NCBI GenBank assembly: GCA_964187785.1
Contig: OZ076409.1
Location: forward strand, 55,368,001-55,432,000
Reading direction: 5' to 3'
Origin: Amphiscolops sp. MND2022
Taxonomy: Eukaryota
DNA: 64,000 nucleotides
Shown: positions 27,501-42,500 of the stretch, in pieces
Position numbering within the stretch: the stretch's first letter is position 1
How the letters are laid out: each line of letters begins with the position of its first letter
Translations under genes and position numbers: made by a program
The notes under the pieces: model-generated
What the model was told of the DNA's origin: nothing
What the model saw: the letters and a program-made list of their open reading frames with translations, nothing else
Databases searched by the model: none

Positions 27501-30500
27501 AAGGCATTAGACGAAAAGTTTTTCACCTCCAATCCAAAAAAAAACAGGCGTTTCGTTGTCTGTCATTAAATATGTATGGTACCATACATATTTAATGACA
27601 GACAACGGATAGCTTGTTTTTTTTTGCATTGGAGGTGAAAACATTTTCGTCTAATGGCTTTGACAGAGCTGTAATCGGTCGGAGGTTCTTTTATGAGCTT
27701 TCAAAGATTGTTGACATAAAAAGATCCGTCAAATAAAAAAATCCACTGAGGGATTTATTTTTTGACTGCTCTTATAAAGTAATTTAATTAGATCAATTTT
27801 CAAACATATCGAAAAAATACTGTTGTCATCAAAAATGACAACTGGAAAACTTGTTGAGAATTTACCTGCATAGTTAAGCTCAACTGCTTTGTTTTTTGGA
27901 ACTTCAATGTACACCTGCTGACGTAAATTTGCTCAATCAGCTAAGTGCAGAACTTTTGTCGATAAATGTTTCTATTTGAAATTATCTAGGAGGTAATTAT
28001 CTAAGAAATTGTCAAGGAGTTCGACTAACTTCACAAGGAAAGGGTCCACACCATTGCTGCCGCCGTCGGGGTCAATGAGAATAGTGTCTCCAAGGGAGAA
28101 TGGTCGGGGCTCGTCGACACATTTTGCCAAAAACCTCATATTCTCATTTTTCATCTCGTGTTGGATCGGGTTGAATTCGTGACAATCACGAGGCAAGTCT
28201 GAAACACGAAATGACGTAATAAAGAGGCTACTTCAAAATGCCCTTTTCAACAGAAGTAACGGAAAGAAAGATATTAGTCCTTATATCCTAAAATCGGACG
28301 ATTGGGTCAAATTAATTGATGCTAAGCAAATCAACTTTCAAATTTTTTTCTTTTAAAATCGGTATACGGGTTTACTTAGTTCCTTATGATGTGTTACACA
28401 GCGCTGATTCCCATAAGGCTCCTCTATGATTCTGTACAAGAATAACTCCCTGAGTCCGGCTAGATATGGACTGGTTCGTGAAATACTGTGTACTTGAGAA
28501 ATACTTGAGATGGAAATACTTGAGGTGTGAAATATACCTCGTTGAAAAAAAAACATCAGTTAAAAAATAACTCCTGCAGAAATTTGGCAGAAAATAACAA
28601 TCTGGCAAGAATCTGACAAGAAATTTAATTTTTGCCAGAATCATGTTCAAAGTATATTATACACAAAGTATTCAAACTTAGGATTACTCACCCAGTGTAC
28701 TCAAGCCAGCCATTCTGATTGCATCTCTGGGCGAGTTTGCGTTATTCAGTCCAACTACAGTAATTTTAACTGTAACTCCGCTTTTTGCATCATCCCAATT
28801 GATAGCAATGTCTGACAATTTTCCGATGCTTCTGAAGTTGAAATGAGACCTCGATTTAATATTTGAAATTACTACTCAAGTGTACACGCCATGGATTCAT
28901 GGGTTCGCCATGGTAAGAATCATTCCATGATCATGGGAAGATATTCGTGATTCATGGATGAAAAGCCATGATGCCATGGGTGATCATGGATGGAAAGCCA
29001 TGATGTAATGGATGATCATGGATGAAAACTCATAATTTTAGCCATAAAAACACCTAAACCTTCAAATATTTTGTAGTAGTGATGCTCTTCAACACCGCTA
29101 GAAACAATTGAATCTGTACAAAAGTAGTTCTAAAGACGGTATGTCAATTCGTACCAAACGTTGTTTCATATATTTACAACGTTATGAATCTGAATCACCA
29201 AGTTGACTTAAAAACGTTTTTGGAACTTTCATAGATTTTATTTTTTGATATTTTCTAAATTTTCGGGTTTTCATCAGACAGAGTTATGTTCAAGGATATG
29301 GTTAGCCATGGTTTGAATGCAATTCCATGAAATAGCCATGATCATGGATGAGCCATGATGGTTAACCTGGGTCAGATCCATTTATGTTAACGTTGATGAG
29401 TTAAAGTTGCAAAGCGTATTGCCAATTGCATCGAATAATTCAAGTGCATAACTTTGAAAAAAAATTACATTGGAGGAAATATCCAAATCAGGGACGCTTT
29501 CATCTTTTCTGATTTTGTAATTACTGTAGAAGTATTATTTGTTGCCCGGGTTGGCAACCAACCGGAGTCCACCGGTGGGCCAGTGAGTTGGCACTTGCAG
29601 CTTTTGTGGAGGTGACCCTAGTTGAGACTGCAGGAACTTTTTACATGATGCAGGCCTGCATGCAGTGTAATTGTTTTTAAAAGCTAGAAAATTCAGTAGT
29701 AATTCAGAGGGTAAATTTTGTAGAATTACACTGCATTTTCCACTACTGCAGTTAAATTTGAAAATAAATACCACTTCATCACCCACCGACACGATCGCTT
29801 CGTATTAACACATGGTATTCTCAACTACTCATCTGATGTGATCACCGTTTCTCAAATAGGACGCTAAACATGACGCTAATTTACAGTTTATTACGTGACT
29901 GAAGGTATTTTGTATTAAAATGGCTGTTAAAATGAGAGGGATTTATTCGCTTTTAAAATTAAAACTGCTTCTTAATGAGACCTGCAAAACTTCAATGCTT
30001 AAAATTTCCGCCAAAGCGTTGACGAATCTTTCAAGGAGCTTGATAAAAATCGAATACAACAGGTAAATATTTTCGCATGAAAGTTTCCGTAAGAGTTTTA
30101 GGAAATCATAATACACGTTGCTGGCAACATTAAAGTACATGCAAAAAGTTCAAGCAGTTTTAACTATGTTTGTCTGACAGCGGCAGGTGAGTTCATCATT
30201 CACCGATCCATTAAGCTTTCGTGAACAATACTTTGCATAGTTAGGCCTTTCCCATGTTTGTATCTTCACAGCTTAGATTTTCTGAACCGTTGGAAACATT
30301 GCATGATTTACACAAAATTTTGCGAAAATTGTGATGTGAACCTGCAATCTGTTTGCTGACAGTCTACTATTTCACCTCTGCGCTATCAGCCCTTACATTT
30401 TGTTTGTTTTGACTGAGCTATGTTTGCCCTGCAGCATTGCCTACATCGCTGCTAAGGGACACGTGGTGCCGAAAAATTGCCTCAATGCGACAAAGGTGGT

Positions 30501-33500
30501 TAACGTAACCCTCTTCACTCAAAAAATAACCCAATGGCAATCAATAAATGAATTTTCAACATTTTTGCGAATTTTATTGTTCTTTATTTTGAAAACAATG
30601 CCACCGGTGGCCCTTGGTGGAAATTGCGGTTGTGATCCAAAATTGTGTCCTGTCCACCGGTGGAGACCGGTGGACTGCGGTGGAGTGCCAGTACGGGTAC
30701 TCCCTTCTTGATTTTTTCAAATGGTTTCAATTGGGACATGAGCTTTTAGGATGCTCACTCCTCATTTTTCGGCATTGTGAGAAGTTTTGAGATATTATTC
30801 GAAACAAGTCCTAAGCACATCACTTGAAAGAATTGGCCTTTATATTGAATATTTATAGATGATTTTTTTTTCAACACGGGTTATTATAATTGGAGAAAAC
30901 TCACCCCACTTCGCACACACTGCATGTCTCCGCCTCCAAGGTGGATCCCAACAAACAAGAGTTGCATTCCACAATTGGCTCATTGTTTCCATATTTGAGG
31001 ATTTCAACTTTGGCAGGAACGCCCTCGCCTAGACCAAAAGATTCCTTCTGCTTCAAAATTTTACATGATTATTGCAAAATTTCTAGCACTTCTATTTCCT
31101 TTTTCCAAAATGTTTTGTCAACTCATAGGTCGCTTTGGTATTTTTTTGAAAAACTGTCAAAAGCTAATTTTTTAGCTACGTTTTAAACAATCGAAAAATA
31201 TTGCGAGTCAAAGATGATATATAAAATGAACACCAAGGCTGTAAATGTATACGTTTGATAAGTGAAAAGTCAACCTTCGGCAAGTTCGTTTCCAGTGAAC
31301 GCGGTTTTGATTGATAGTCCTTGAGAGGCATATTGAGTCTGTGACGATTGAATTTTATCCAGCTAAAAAGAAAAGAGAAACGACACGATCATCGATTTTC
31401 TTCAAATTTCCAAATTGTAATACTTTTTTATACTGCTTGAACAATTATACAATTAAAAAAATATCACTGTTTGGAATTTTGAAGAAAATATACCCTCAAA
31501 TCAGTTTCACGGTCATTTTACGAGAAACGTTTCATAGAGTGCAGAGGTTTCTAGTTGGCTCACACCCTACAATAACACTTTTTTGTAAAGTGAGTCAACG
31601 TTACTTTCCGCTGTATTTCAATCATAAACGGCTTAAGCAGAATTCTGATCTATCTTTCAGTTCTCTACCAGTCCAAATATCATTACGGTACACATGCCGC
31701 AACGAACTAGCACGATCTTGCTAGTTCGATTAACAGCCAATGAAAACGCGTTATTACACCGTTTCTAATTTAGATGAACAAAATTTCAATTTAGTTGATT
31801 TTCGTGCTTCTTAATTCCACCAATGACAATTAAAATAAATCAATGCTATCACAATTCTAATTCAGATTAGTGAAAGCTAATTTTATTTGAAGAAACAAGA
31901 ATGCTAACAAAACTCGGCAGCCAATCAAAACAGAGTCATTCCAAATTGTCATTTTGATTAAATAAAAATACAATTTACTTGAAAAAAATGAAAGGCCGAG
32001 AATCAAGCAGCAGTTGCATGAGGTAAACACACCAAATTATCAGTCTCAGCGAAAGAAGAAGTTATTGGAAATGCGTGATCAATTCATCTAAAATGGAATT
32101 TCGTCCAATTAAAATGAAATTTTGTTGCGTATTCAGTTTTATCGCCACTCGCATATTCATCTAAAATGAAATTTTATCATTTAAATTGACACCGATAAGC
32201 GGGCACATGTAATTGGAACGATTACATCTTATTGGTGAATTCATTTAACTTCAAATTTTGTTCATCTAACTTAGAAACCGTGTATTCTAAATACGCGTCA
32301 CGTGTTTTGCTCGTTACACTGTGTAATTTGGCGTTACGCGTAGTGATCAAAATACAGTAAATGACTATTTTACACTCTCTGCAATTACGTATTTTGACTG
32401 GTTTCCACTTCACACACGAAGACGGAAATTGGTTGTTTTACACTTTAACCTGGTACACATTTTGACTGGGATTCACTTCCAAAGTGAAAAACGATCAAAA
32501 TGTGTAAGTTAGTGATAACTTTGATTCTTTTCCACTCTGAAGCATTCATCAACTTCTTTCAAACCTGGTGCACATTTTGACACTTTACACTTGATGATAA
32601 ATTCCACTTTTGCGGCATATGTATCGTAATGATGAAGGGAAAATGAAAACTTCGATGGATGGCTGATTGTTTTAAATTATATACAAGACGCCCGCGAGCA
32701 ATTGATCAAAAATGTTATCCGCCCTGAGCTGCTGCAGCAACAAACAATCAAAAAAGTATATAAAAATTACACAATGAGCTCAAGACCTGAAAAAATATCA
32801 TTTTTTAATCATCCGTTTTAGGCCCTTTTTATTTTTGAGATACTTTTTTGAAGAAAACTCGATGTCTTCACAAGTATACAAATATATGTGTTACGAATTT
32901 CATTTTTTGTCGTTTAATTCGATTAAATTAACGTTTGAGTATAAAATATAAGAGAAACACAGTCCAAGTTCTAACTTTTTGTTCCCTTATATTGAGTATC
33001 CGGACTTTTTTTCAAAAATCAAGAAATCTACAGCGACGTGCCCTTAACTAAACGTGCGTTCTTCCAGATGTATGAATATCAGAACATTCGTTCAACTTGG
33101 TTCAATTTTTCAATCGATGCGCACAGGTTCCCGCGCGAATAAACTAAAACTTTCTAGTTTTTTGAAATGAATGATTGACATGCCTCGCCGTTTCTGATCG
33201 GAAATTTTGTCATGAACTTTTCTAGATAGAGTAGATCCACGACCATGTCTATGCATATACCTTTTTTAATTAATAAACTGCTGATTGCTCTATCAAAAGG
33301 TCTTCCGAATCTTCAAATGGGAAATTTATTTTTTCTGGGAGGCAGCATCGCAATTTTTGAACGAGAAATGTCAATTTTTAACTCGAAGTAAAGCATATTG
33401 GCTAGTATGTGTCAACTTGACACAGTATGTGCCTTCTTTGGTGTCAATTTAGGGCCTTGTAGAAATGAACTACAAATTACTTGTACTGAAAAGTGTACCA

Positions 33501-36500
33501 GATAACTTTTTGCTTCGTCTTTGAAATCTGCGGGTCTTTGAATTTCTCGAAACGTTAAGAAAATGTTACAAAAATTGTCTGAAGGAGTCAAAGAGTGAAC
33601 TTTCTATCCTTTTTTGAGTAATTTGACGTTTTTTTTTCAAGAAAACATCATCAAGTAGTTCTTCGTAACAATGCACGGGGTAGCTAGCTCGTTCGTTGTT
33701 GAGCTCTCAGAATATTTTTTATTTCTTATGAAATCTATGAAAGTTTACCTTCGAAGTATATGTAAAAGTACGAGTGCACTTATATGTACGTCTTAATAAT
33801 CTACAGAGTATTCGTGATCAGAATTATCATGAGAGTATATCAATTCTCAATGATAATATTTGGCTACATTAAATACATGAAATAGGACAATAAAAGCAGT
33901 TCCTGTTTTATCGAAAGATTAGGAAAAAGAATAAAAGGATGTGCTACAGAGCTAACTAGATGAGAGTTTAGTAATAAATTGCTTTGAAATAGAACATAGA
34001 AGTGGCTAACATCACAAGATGTTCTAAGCATGAGGTGACTCGTGAATTCCCGTCGGCTCCCTGTTTTCTTAGCTGAAACGAATTACAGTGTGAATAAAAT
34101 TTGGCAAATACGGATTTTTCATGCATTTAAAAATTGCTGATAAATATCATTAGATGATATGCCATTTAAAGCGTTGACAATTTCAACCTTCCGCAATTTC
34201 GATCAAAACTAATTTCGGCTGATTAGTCGGTTGAGCTAATTAGTCGGTTTGCTCATTCTGTTGAGTTATTATTTCATTCCAATAGTTGTAGTAGGTCAAA
34301 CAGGCTTAATTAATGGTAATCTATCACGCAGAAGTTAAATCATATAAAAACTAGCATGAAAATTTTGCCTGGAACATTTTAATCTGAAAATTTATGAAAA
34401 ATTATGAAAATTTATGAACCAACAAAAACATTATATAACCAATGAGAATCCCTTAGCTAAAATTAGTTTCGGTCGGAATTGCAGAAAGTTGAAATTGCGT
34501 ACAAAAAAAAAGAAAACACTGTATTCCTTCATATAAAATATCTAAAATATAAATAAATATATGGAGGGCAGTGTAAAACCGTATTATTAAAAAAATTGGA
34601 CATCACAAAGAATTGTATAAAAGCTATTGAGCATTAAAATTTAACTTGAAACGATATTCACTTCAACATTTCTGACTATACAAAGAAATATCCTGACACC
34701 CGAAGAAAGTCCTCGTAAAATAGTGCCTTGTTTCTACTTTGAGTATCCAATTTTTTGACCCATCAGCATAATATTTTACAACAACGTAACTCGTGACGTT
34801 AGTGATGTCTCAAATCTTTTGTGTAGCCTTTGTGTGAAATGACCTACTGGGTTAATTCATCTCGAACTGCTCTAGTTCTTTTCATGGTCCCCGAGTCGAA
34901 CTCTCATGCATTTCATGAAGGAATTTTGCAGATTTAAAACGTATTAGACATTATTTGCAACAAACTTGCTAATATTTTAAGATATCTGACAAATGTGTCA
35001 GATTCTGTCATACAGGAATTTCTTGTAGATTCAGATGTTTCTCGCAAGATTCTTGCAGATGCAAACAATTCTTACAAGATCTCGGACCAACGTTGCAAGA
35101 CAATGTCTGAAAATTGGAAGAAATTCTGCAAGAAACTATTTGTCATGTACAGGAATCAGCAAACTTATTTGTCCAATTTTAAGCCAAGAATATGTTCAAA
35201 TTGTAAGAAGAACTTAATGTTAATGTAAAACAAGACACAACAGTATATAATATAACGGAATATTACATATTGTCGGGTATATGTAGTCGCGCGGACTTAA
35301 ATGTGACTGTAGTTGTTCAAAGATAAATTGTACATATAGTACATTTTAGAACTACCGGCTCTGGGAGCTGCACGTTTGCCAGGATTATGACTTAGCACAG
35401 CCGGTTGAGCCGCGTCCTAACTTGCGAGGATCATGATGGATGAACTACTCGAGTGTATATGAACAATGAGACGTAACATACATCAGTGCGCCCAGAAACT
35501 ACGAAAAATTTCTTCTATGCTATAGATCATATCATCGTTATCTTATTGTCGCAGGCTGCGCTCTGCGATCTTTACCTGTCTTACTCATGAAGACCAAAAC
35601 AGCAGACTACCTCCGGAGTAGTCCACCAATGATTGGACCTTAGGTCCACTTGACGTCAACAAAGGTAAAACACATATGTCGAAATCTTAATTTGTAACCT
35701 TTAAATACGTGAACATATTCATGTTTATCTTTATATTTGTTTTGCTGATGCTGTAAAAATTGTTCAAGTGAAGTTTGTTAAACTCAGTTTCAAAGGTACT
35801 TTCAAGATTCAGGCATTTGTTTCCAAAGTACTCTTAAGTTTCAGGCATTCTCTTTCAATTTACAGTTCAGATAGAGGCATTTTCTTCCAAATTACTTCCA
35901 AGATCAGGCATTGGCTTCCAAGTTACTTCCAAGATCAGGCGTTTTTTTCTAATTTACTTCCAATATCAACCATTTTGTTCCTAGATCTTCCATGATTCAG
36001 ACCATTCTTAAATCATGCAAGAACAGACATTTTGTTCCATGGTCTTCGGAAATACACGCAAGAATAATGCATTGTCTTCCAAGATCTTGGAAATGAAATA
36101 ACAGATTCTTGCTGAAAATGTGTAAATTCGACTGGGGGTATCTTCTTTTCGGGAGTCCCACGAGTTCTCCGAGAAATCAACAAAGAATGACTTCTCACCG
36201 TAACGTCACCGTAACTCAACGGTTGAGTTTTTTCATTGATTATCTCTACTTTCATTGACCATAATAGAGTACACGGTAAAACTGGCTGGAGCAAAAATAT
36301 CTGAGATCGCAACAGACTTACGTAAAAATTTGAGGTAATCTATTAGGCTTCCAGGTTGCATCAGCTTTTTTGGCTGGGTATCCGTTACGTTTAAATTTAT
36401 GCCACAACAAAGCTGAAACTTTAGCGAAATTCATCAGGGTTCGTAAAAATCATCGAACGTTGTGCGCTAACGATTATATCGACTATGGATTTTTCAAACT

Positions 36501-39500
36501 GTATGTATTCATATTACACCTGCTCTGTTGCAGCTCTGCTTCATAAGCAAAACTTACTTTCAGTGTCACTGGTGACGAGTGGAAACACTGTGATTGCAGC
36601 AATCTGGTCTTTCTTGCTCGTATCTACTTCGCAATAGGCCACACACGAATCGTCACGGCCCACTCTGTTCACTATAATGAAAATATATTCAGACTATGGT
36701 AATATTACGGCAATAAGACAACAACAAAAATCAGTCCCAATGACCAATTTAACGAAGTCAGGGAAAGAGCTACGATTAAAGCAGACCTTTGAAATCTTGA
36801 AAAGTGGAAACGAGTTTGATTGAGATAACAGTTATCAGTAGATATCGAAAGTTGGGAAAAGAAGGGTACCTCAACAAATATCCCACAGAAAGCGTCACCT
36901 AAGAAAATTAGAGAGAAGTAATTCAAAAATCCATGACCCTTCATCTGGGCATTCAAAAAAGCCTACGCAGTTTGGACCTAATAAAATGAGCAAAGATAAA
37001 GGAAGTTTGTCCATAGAAAAACCTGTAAATCTTGGCAATACGTCATCTGAATATAACACGGAAATAAGGTATAACAGCCATATTTTGGTTATTAACTTTG
37101 ACAAAAATTCATATCATGTGAAACAATCATTACTTGAAATGGTAATTCAAATTATTAGGTTGAAAGACACATATTACACATGTTTGTTTCTCGTTTACAT
37201 TTACACCACTGCTGTTCGACGGTAGTTAATCACTTTTCGTTATATTTGGAGATTTTCGTTTGATAGATTTTGAAGCACACTTTAAGTTTTTTCATTATCT
37301 GTTTTTTTTAGTAAAAAGCGCGAAATGCGTAGGAGCTTTATCGAACAGTGGAAAGAATAGTTATGATGTTACTGAAAGAGTTATGAAGAAAAAACAAACC
37401 AGTCCGATTAGATTTCTTTAAAAAATTCTTAACTAGGCAAAAACTAACGGGAGTACGAAGGATTGATGATATGGGTTCCACTGTTCAGGTAGAAACCAGC
37501 AGCCAGATACTGACACGATTTTGCAATCAGGGGTCGATATTTTTGTGCACAGATCAGAGCCCCAATTCTCAATTTTCCTCCACCGGCACAATTATAGGCC
37601 TTTGTAATGGGAAGTGACTCTCTGTTTGTGACGAAACCTGAAACAGGAGAAAATTAACCACTGGTGCATTTCAAAGTATTTAAAAAATTTTGGGCAAACC
37701 TTGGTGATTTCCCAGTGTTCAAAAAATAGCATCCGTCCCTCTCTAAGATCCATTGTAGATCACTATCTACTTTTGATGGGATGTCAGATAGGATATACCT
37801 TGATATTGTCATGGTCTTACCCAGGCTGTCATGATCTTGCAAGATCGTGCTAAGCGTTCTATGCTTTACCATGATCATGAGTGTTCCGTGGTCCCAAACT
37901 AACTAACTTACTTTCAGATAATTCTGAACTCTTACACTCACTAAACGAAGTAGCAATGATTTATTACTATATTACTAAGTAGTTTATGAAGAAGTAAATT
38001 TATTGAACTTTTGTGTATATATTGCATACAATAGAGGCTTTCATGTATTCATTTGAGAGGCCACGAAGCGCACTCCTCGAACCTGGAAACCAATTTGATG
38101 TAACAGTCTTGGAGGAAATTGAGTATCTTTGTACCTGTATCATTTCCTTCTCTTCCCGAATCGCAGTTGCATTTGGTGTTTCTGTCCTCACACATTCCTG
38201 TAACTCCACATGCGCAGCTGTCTTCATGGGCTCCCGAGTCGTCTGGAAGTCCAAATGACTTGATTTGATTTCCCGCCCTGAAGAAACATTGATTTAGTCT
38301 GGCACCAAAAAATAACTCTCAACCCTCAGAAAACAGAAACAGGCAGTACAACATATATTACATTCCAATATTTTTAAATGAATCTAGTATTGAAAACAGA
38401 ACTGCATAAAAAGATAAACAAGGGCTGAAAAAAGTGCCTACTAACTATGCCTTGGAATTTGAAATGGACTGTAATAAATGGACTGAAAATTCATAATGCA
38501 GCGTGATATATGATAATGGTTACCTGTCCTCGTAGTAAACTTTCTGCTTTCCACTCTTGAAGATTTTGTTACCATTCCCGCATGAGAAAGTAACTTCTTG
38601 AATGCATTGGTTAGATTCCACCAGTTTGTCAAGCGTAGTTTCAGAGATTCCATAGTCAAGCTCTTGAACTTCACAGTTTGAAGACCTAGAACGAACAAAA
38701 TTATCTACGCTATACAGAATTCTGCGCAGCTATTTCAAATGCTTGCAGAAACATTCTACGCTTATCCCCAAGAAAACTTCGAAAATTTGTATCATGGCCT
38801 GCCCCGACGAATGAAGAAGTGGGTCGCACAAAGGGACATTTGTCGACGTTTTTGCCTGTTGAGGTTAATTTATAATAATTTAAAGTTGCTGCGTGTTCAA
38901 TTTAGGTTTTCACAACGGTCAAATTTAGGTCAAATTCTCTGTGCAATGATTGTATGCGTATTAATTTTTTCTAGTCACCTATTAACAATTTAGTACAATC
39001 CTTTCTCTTCGGAATGCCATTTCACCGCTAATCGTAACGATCGCCCTTCAATGTTTTAGTGGTGGACATTGGTGCAGCTCATGTGCCTTACACCGGTAGA
39101 TCTTTTTCATAAAATCAAACATTGGGCTTTATTAGTTCGCAGAAGGGAATTCGAACTGTGATTTTTTGATTCCGAGTTCTAACCTTAAAATTGAAAGTTT
39201 TTCAAACAGTGCCCAAAATGAAGATGCCTCAGTAGTGCAAAAAAAATCAGTTTCGACTGTTGTACGCAACTTTGGTTCACTTTTAAAAATGTGTACGAGG
39301 AGTATCCAGAGAGTTCCAAAAGAAATCAGTTAGGCACCTAGCATACTTTGTTTTGTGTCAAAACCTGATTTTTTATCAATGAAATGAATCAAAAAGACCA
39401 CAAAAATGTCGAAAAGGGCAAGTTCATTCACCTTTTTGAGCAATTTCTGTACTGTATTTGCTACGATAGAGCTCCAGAAATGAGCTGTTGCTGAAATAAT

Positions 39501-42500
39501 TCTGGTTGGAAACATCTCGGTGCTCAAAGGACGTGTTGTGAATAAAACTAAATGAAAAACAGGAAATCCTTTGATAGTCAGAGCAAACTTAATATTACCA
39601 CCTCGATGGCAAATCGGTGGAAAAAACATAGGAAAGTCATTGACAGCAGTTTAAAAACATTGTCAAAATTTTATTCAATATAAATTACTAGATTGCATTT
39701 TCACTCTGCCAATGGAAAAAACTACCGTCAAATTTAAGTAGTTTTGAAAAACGAAGAATGGGGAAAAACGGCATGTATGTGAAGTAAGTTAAAGAAGCAG
39801 GAGGTTAATATAATGAATTAAAACAGCGTAAGTATCAATGACTATTCATACAGCTAAGTGTATCTTCAACGCTTTTCACATGTTAATGTATCTATATATG
39901 TGAGCTACATGACTTCATGAATTTGGCATGTACTGAGTTGTTCTCTTTTACTTTTGACCTTGAAGTCGTTCTTTCTATGCCATTCCACATTCCCCCTCCT
40001 TTGGGTTTTTTAAGGGAACCATTGTTGTGTCGGCACATCTTTCTTTATACGCGGAAAAGGTGGGAGCGGATATCGGCTTGGGGTTGTTAAGGTGTATTAG
40101 GCGTCTCCGAAATGTACAAAGTTTAAAAATACTCTACTCCGCCTAGCTTCACTACTCTCTGTGCCGATCTTATCCTTTCGGACCAACGCGGTTCTGATTT
40201 AAATTTTATTTGACTTTTCCCAATATCGATTTTTTGTTTTGACCTAGGTTTACCTGTCGGTGCTTCTTCCGGCTCATTAGTGTCGTTGGCCTGTTGACGG
40301 CGTATTGGCGTACCGGAAAGGTCTGGTCTCGGCGGATTGTTGGCCAGTCCGGGGGCCTCCGTGATTTCCTTCTTCAACTTCTTGAAATCCTCGTCTATCT
40401 CCGATGTCCAGTCCCATTTAACCTCTTTCTTCAAAAGTTGTCTCATTCTGTCGGTTTTTTTCGACAAATTGTTGATGAACTTCGATAGGTGTTGTATTGA
40501 TCCCAAGAAGGACTTCAATTCTTTCACATTTTTCGGTGCTTCTAACTTGGTTATTGCCTCGGCCTTGTCTCGAATTGGCTTGACGTCGTTCTGATTAATG
40601 TAGTAACCGAGCCAGGTTAGTTCTTTCTTGAATAGTTCCGTTTTCTTTTCGCTGGCCCGATATCCAGCGTTCTGTAGTTTTGTAAGAACTTCCCGGACTT
40701 CTTTTTCGTGATCTTCGATATTGCCGTTAGTCACGCATATAATGTCGTCCAACCAAACTGGTGTTTTGAATTCCAATACGGCATCAATGTGTTCTTGAAA
40801 CACCGTAGGGATGTCCGATAAGCCGTAGAAACCTTTTTTGAAACGGCAGTGCCCGGTGAAGTCTCCTCCGATAATGGAGAATACACAGTGTTTGGCGTCT
40901 TCTTTGGATAGTTTTGCCTGGCCGTATGCGTAATCCAAGTCGATCTTTGACATCCAAATTTATCCATCGCCTTTGGTAATCTTGGCGGAAACTTTGCTAA
41001 TTAGTTCTTCCATGTTCGGCATTGCGGCTTTCCTTTTTATGCACGCTTCGTTTAGTTTTCTTGAATCCAGTGCTATTCTGACTGATTTGTCTTTTTTGAT
41101 AGTGATGACTGCAGGCGATATAAAGCAATTTTCGGTTGTTTTGTCAGCTTTCTCTAGATGTCCCTTCGCAATTAATTTTTCTGATACTTCTCGAACGATT
41201 TTTTGAAAATGGATTGGAACTGGTCGCCCTTTCTGTTGTATGGGCTTGACGTCTTTTTTCAACTGGATATCAATGGTAAGGTCTTTGATAGTGTGGTTGT
41301 TTTTAAATAGATCTTCGTGTTCGTCGATGATTTTCTCTCTTCTTTCTTCTTCTTCCACGTAACGGATAACGTTTGTTTTCTTGCTGCCTTGTAATCCAAA
41401 TTCTAATTCATCAAGCCAGTCTAGGCCCAATAGTGGTTGCGTGTTTTTGTTTTCCGTTGTGAGAATTGGTAATGTCTCTTTACTTTTCTCTGTTTTCACT
41501 TCAACCATCGCCTCACCTTTGAATTTTATTGGGTTATTGTTTACATCTACAAAGGTTTTTGTTGTCTTCTTCATCTCATTTGGATTAATTATCGGCGGGA
41601 TAATTGTCACCGGTGAGCCGTGGACCAATAGGATTGCTTTGTAAAAGTCAACTCGGTTAATAGCGTTAACGGATTGAATGTGATCAATTTCTGGCCATGG
41701 TTCGGTATTACTGTCCGAGGATATTGCTTCGGCTACCCGGCTGACGATCTTGGATTTGCAAACCTTGGCAAAGTGTCCCATCTGTTTGCAATTGTTGCAT
41801 TGAGCTCTCCGTGCTGGACAGATATGCTCCAAGGACTAGTTTGGTTTCCCGCTGAAGCGGCAGTTTCTGTTTGAAATTTTTCTTTTTTCGTTGAATTGGG
41901 TTTTTCGCTTCCGTGTTTGATTTGTATGACCGACCAATTCGGTGGATGTTGAGCTGCTTGTGGAGTCTTTTCTGGCTTTTTTGGTTTTGGGTTTTTTGTC
42001 TCCGTATTTTCGATTGTAGTTGTCAAGTTCTATGGTTTCCAATACCAATTGTATTTTCAGCGGTCCCTTTATGAATTTATCGCGGCTCTTTTGTCCTTGA
42101 TGGTGGCCGCGAACTTGTATGTGATAATTTCTTCTGCTGTGATGTTGTTGAACTCACAATTTATTTCAATGTCCACTAATCTCTTCCAATATTCATCCAA
42201 TATTTCGTTGTCATCTTGTTTCATGTTAAAGAACTGAGCTCTACTGTGAAATACATTTCTCACTGGGAGGAACGTTTTCTTGAATAATGTCAATAGTTCT
42301 GGTAGTACGACATCTTTGAGCTCTCGGCCCCATTGACCTCTCATAATTTCATGCTTGGCCTTCGGGCCCAGTGCCCAAATGACGTCGCCTTTTATGTGGT
42401 ATGCCGTGTGTTGGTCCATGTATTCAGTTCCTTCGTTGATGATTTCGTCAAGGTTTCGGTTGTATGTCAGATGAATATACTCCGATATTTGCTCCCACCA

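Noticed and set aside
27866..27914. Exon-like segment with good AG/GT sites (CTLKFQKTKQLSLTMQ)
   Set aside because: 49 nt would shift the frame; exons 28030-28198 and 26648-26771 join in frame without it. A poison exon cannot be excluded.
32640..33620. Decayed coding-like intronic sequence
   Set aside because: No sustained frame or recognisable motif.
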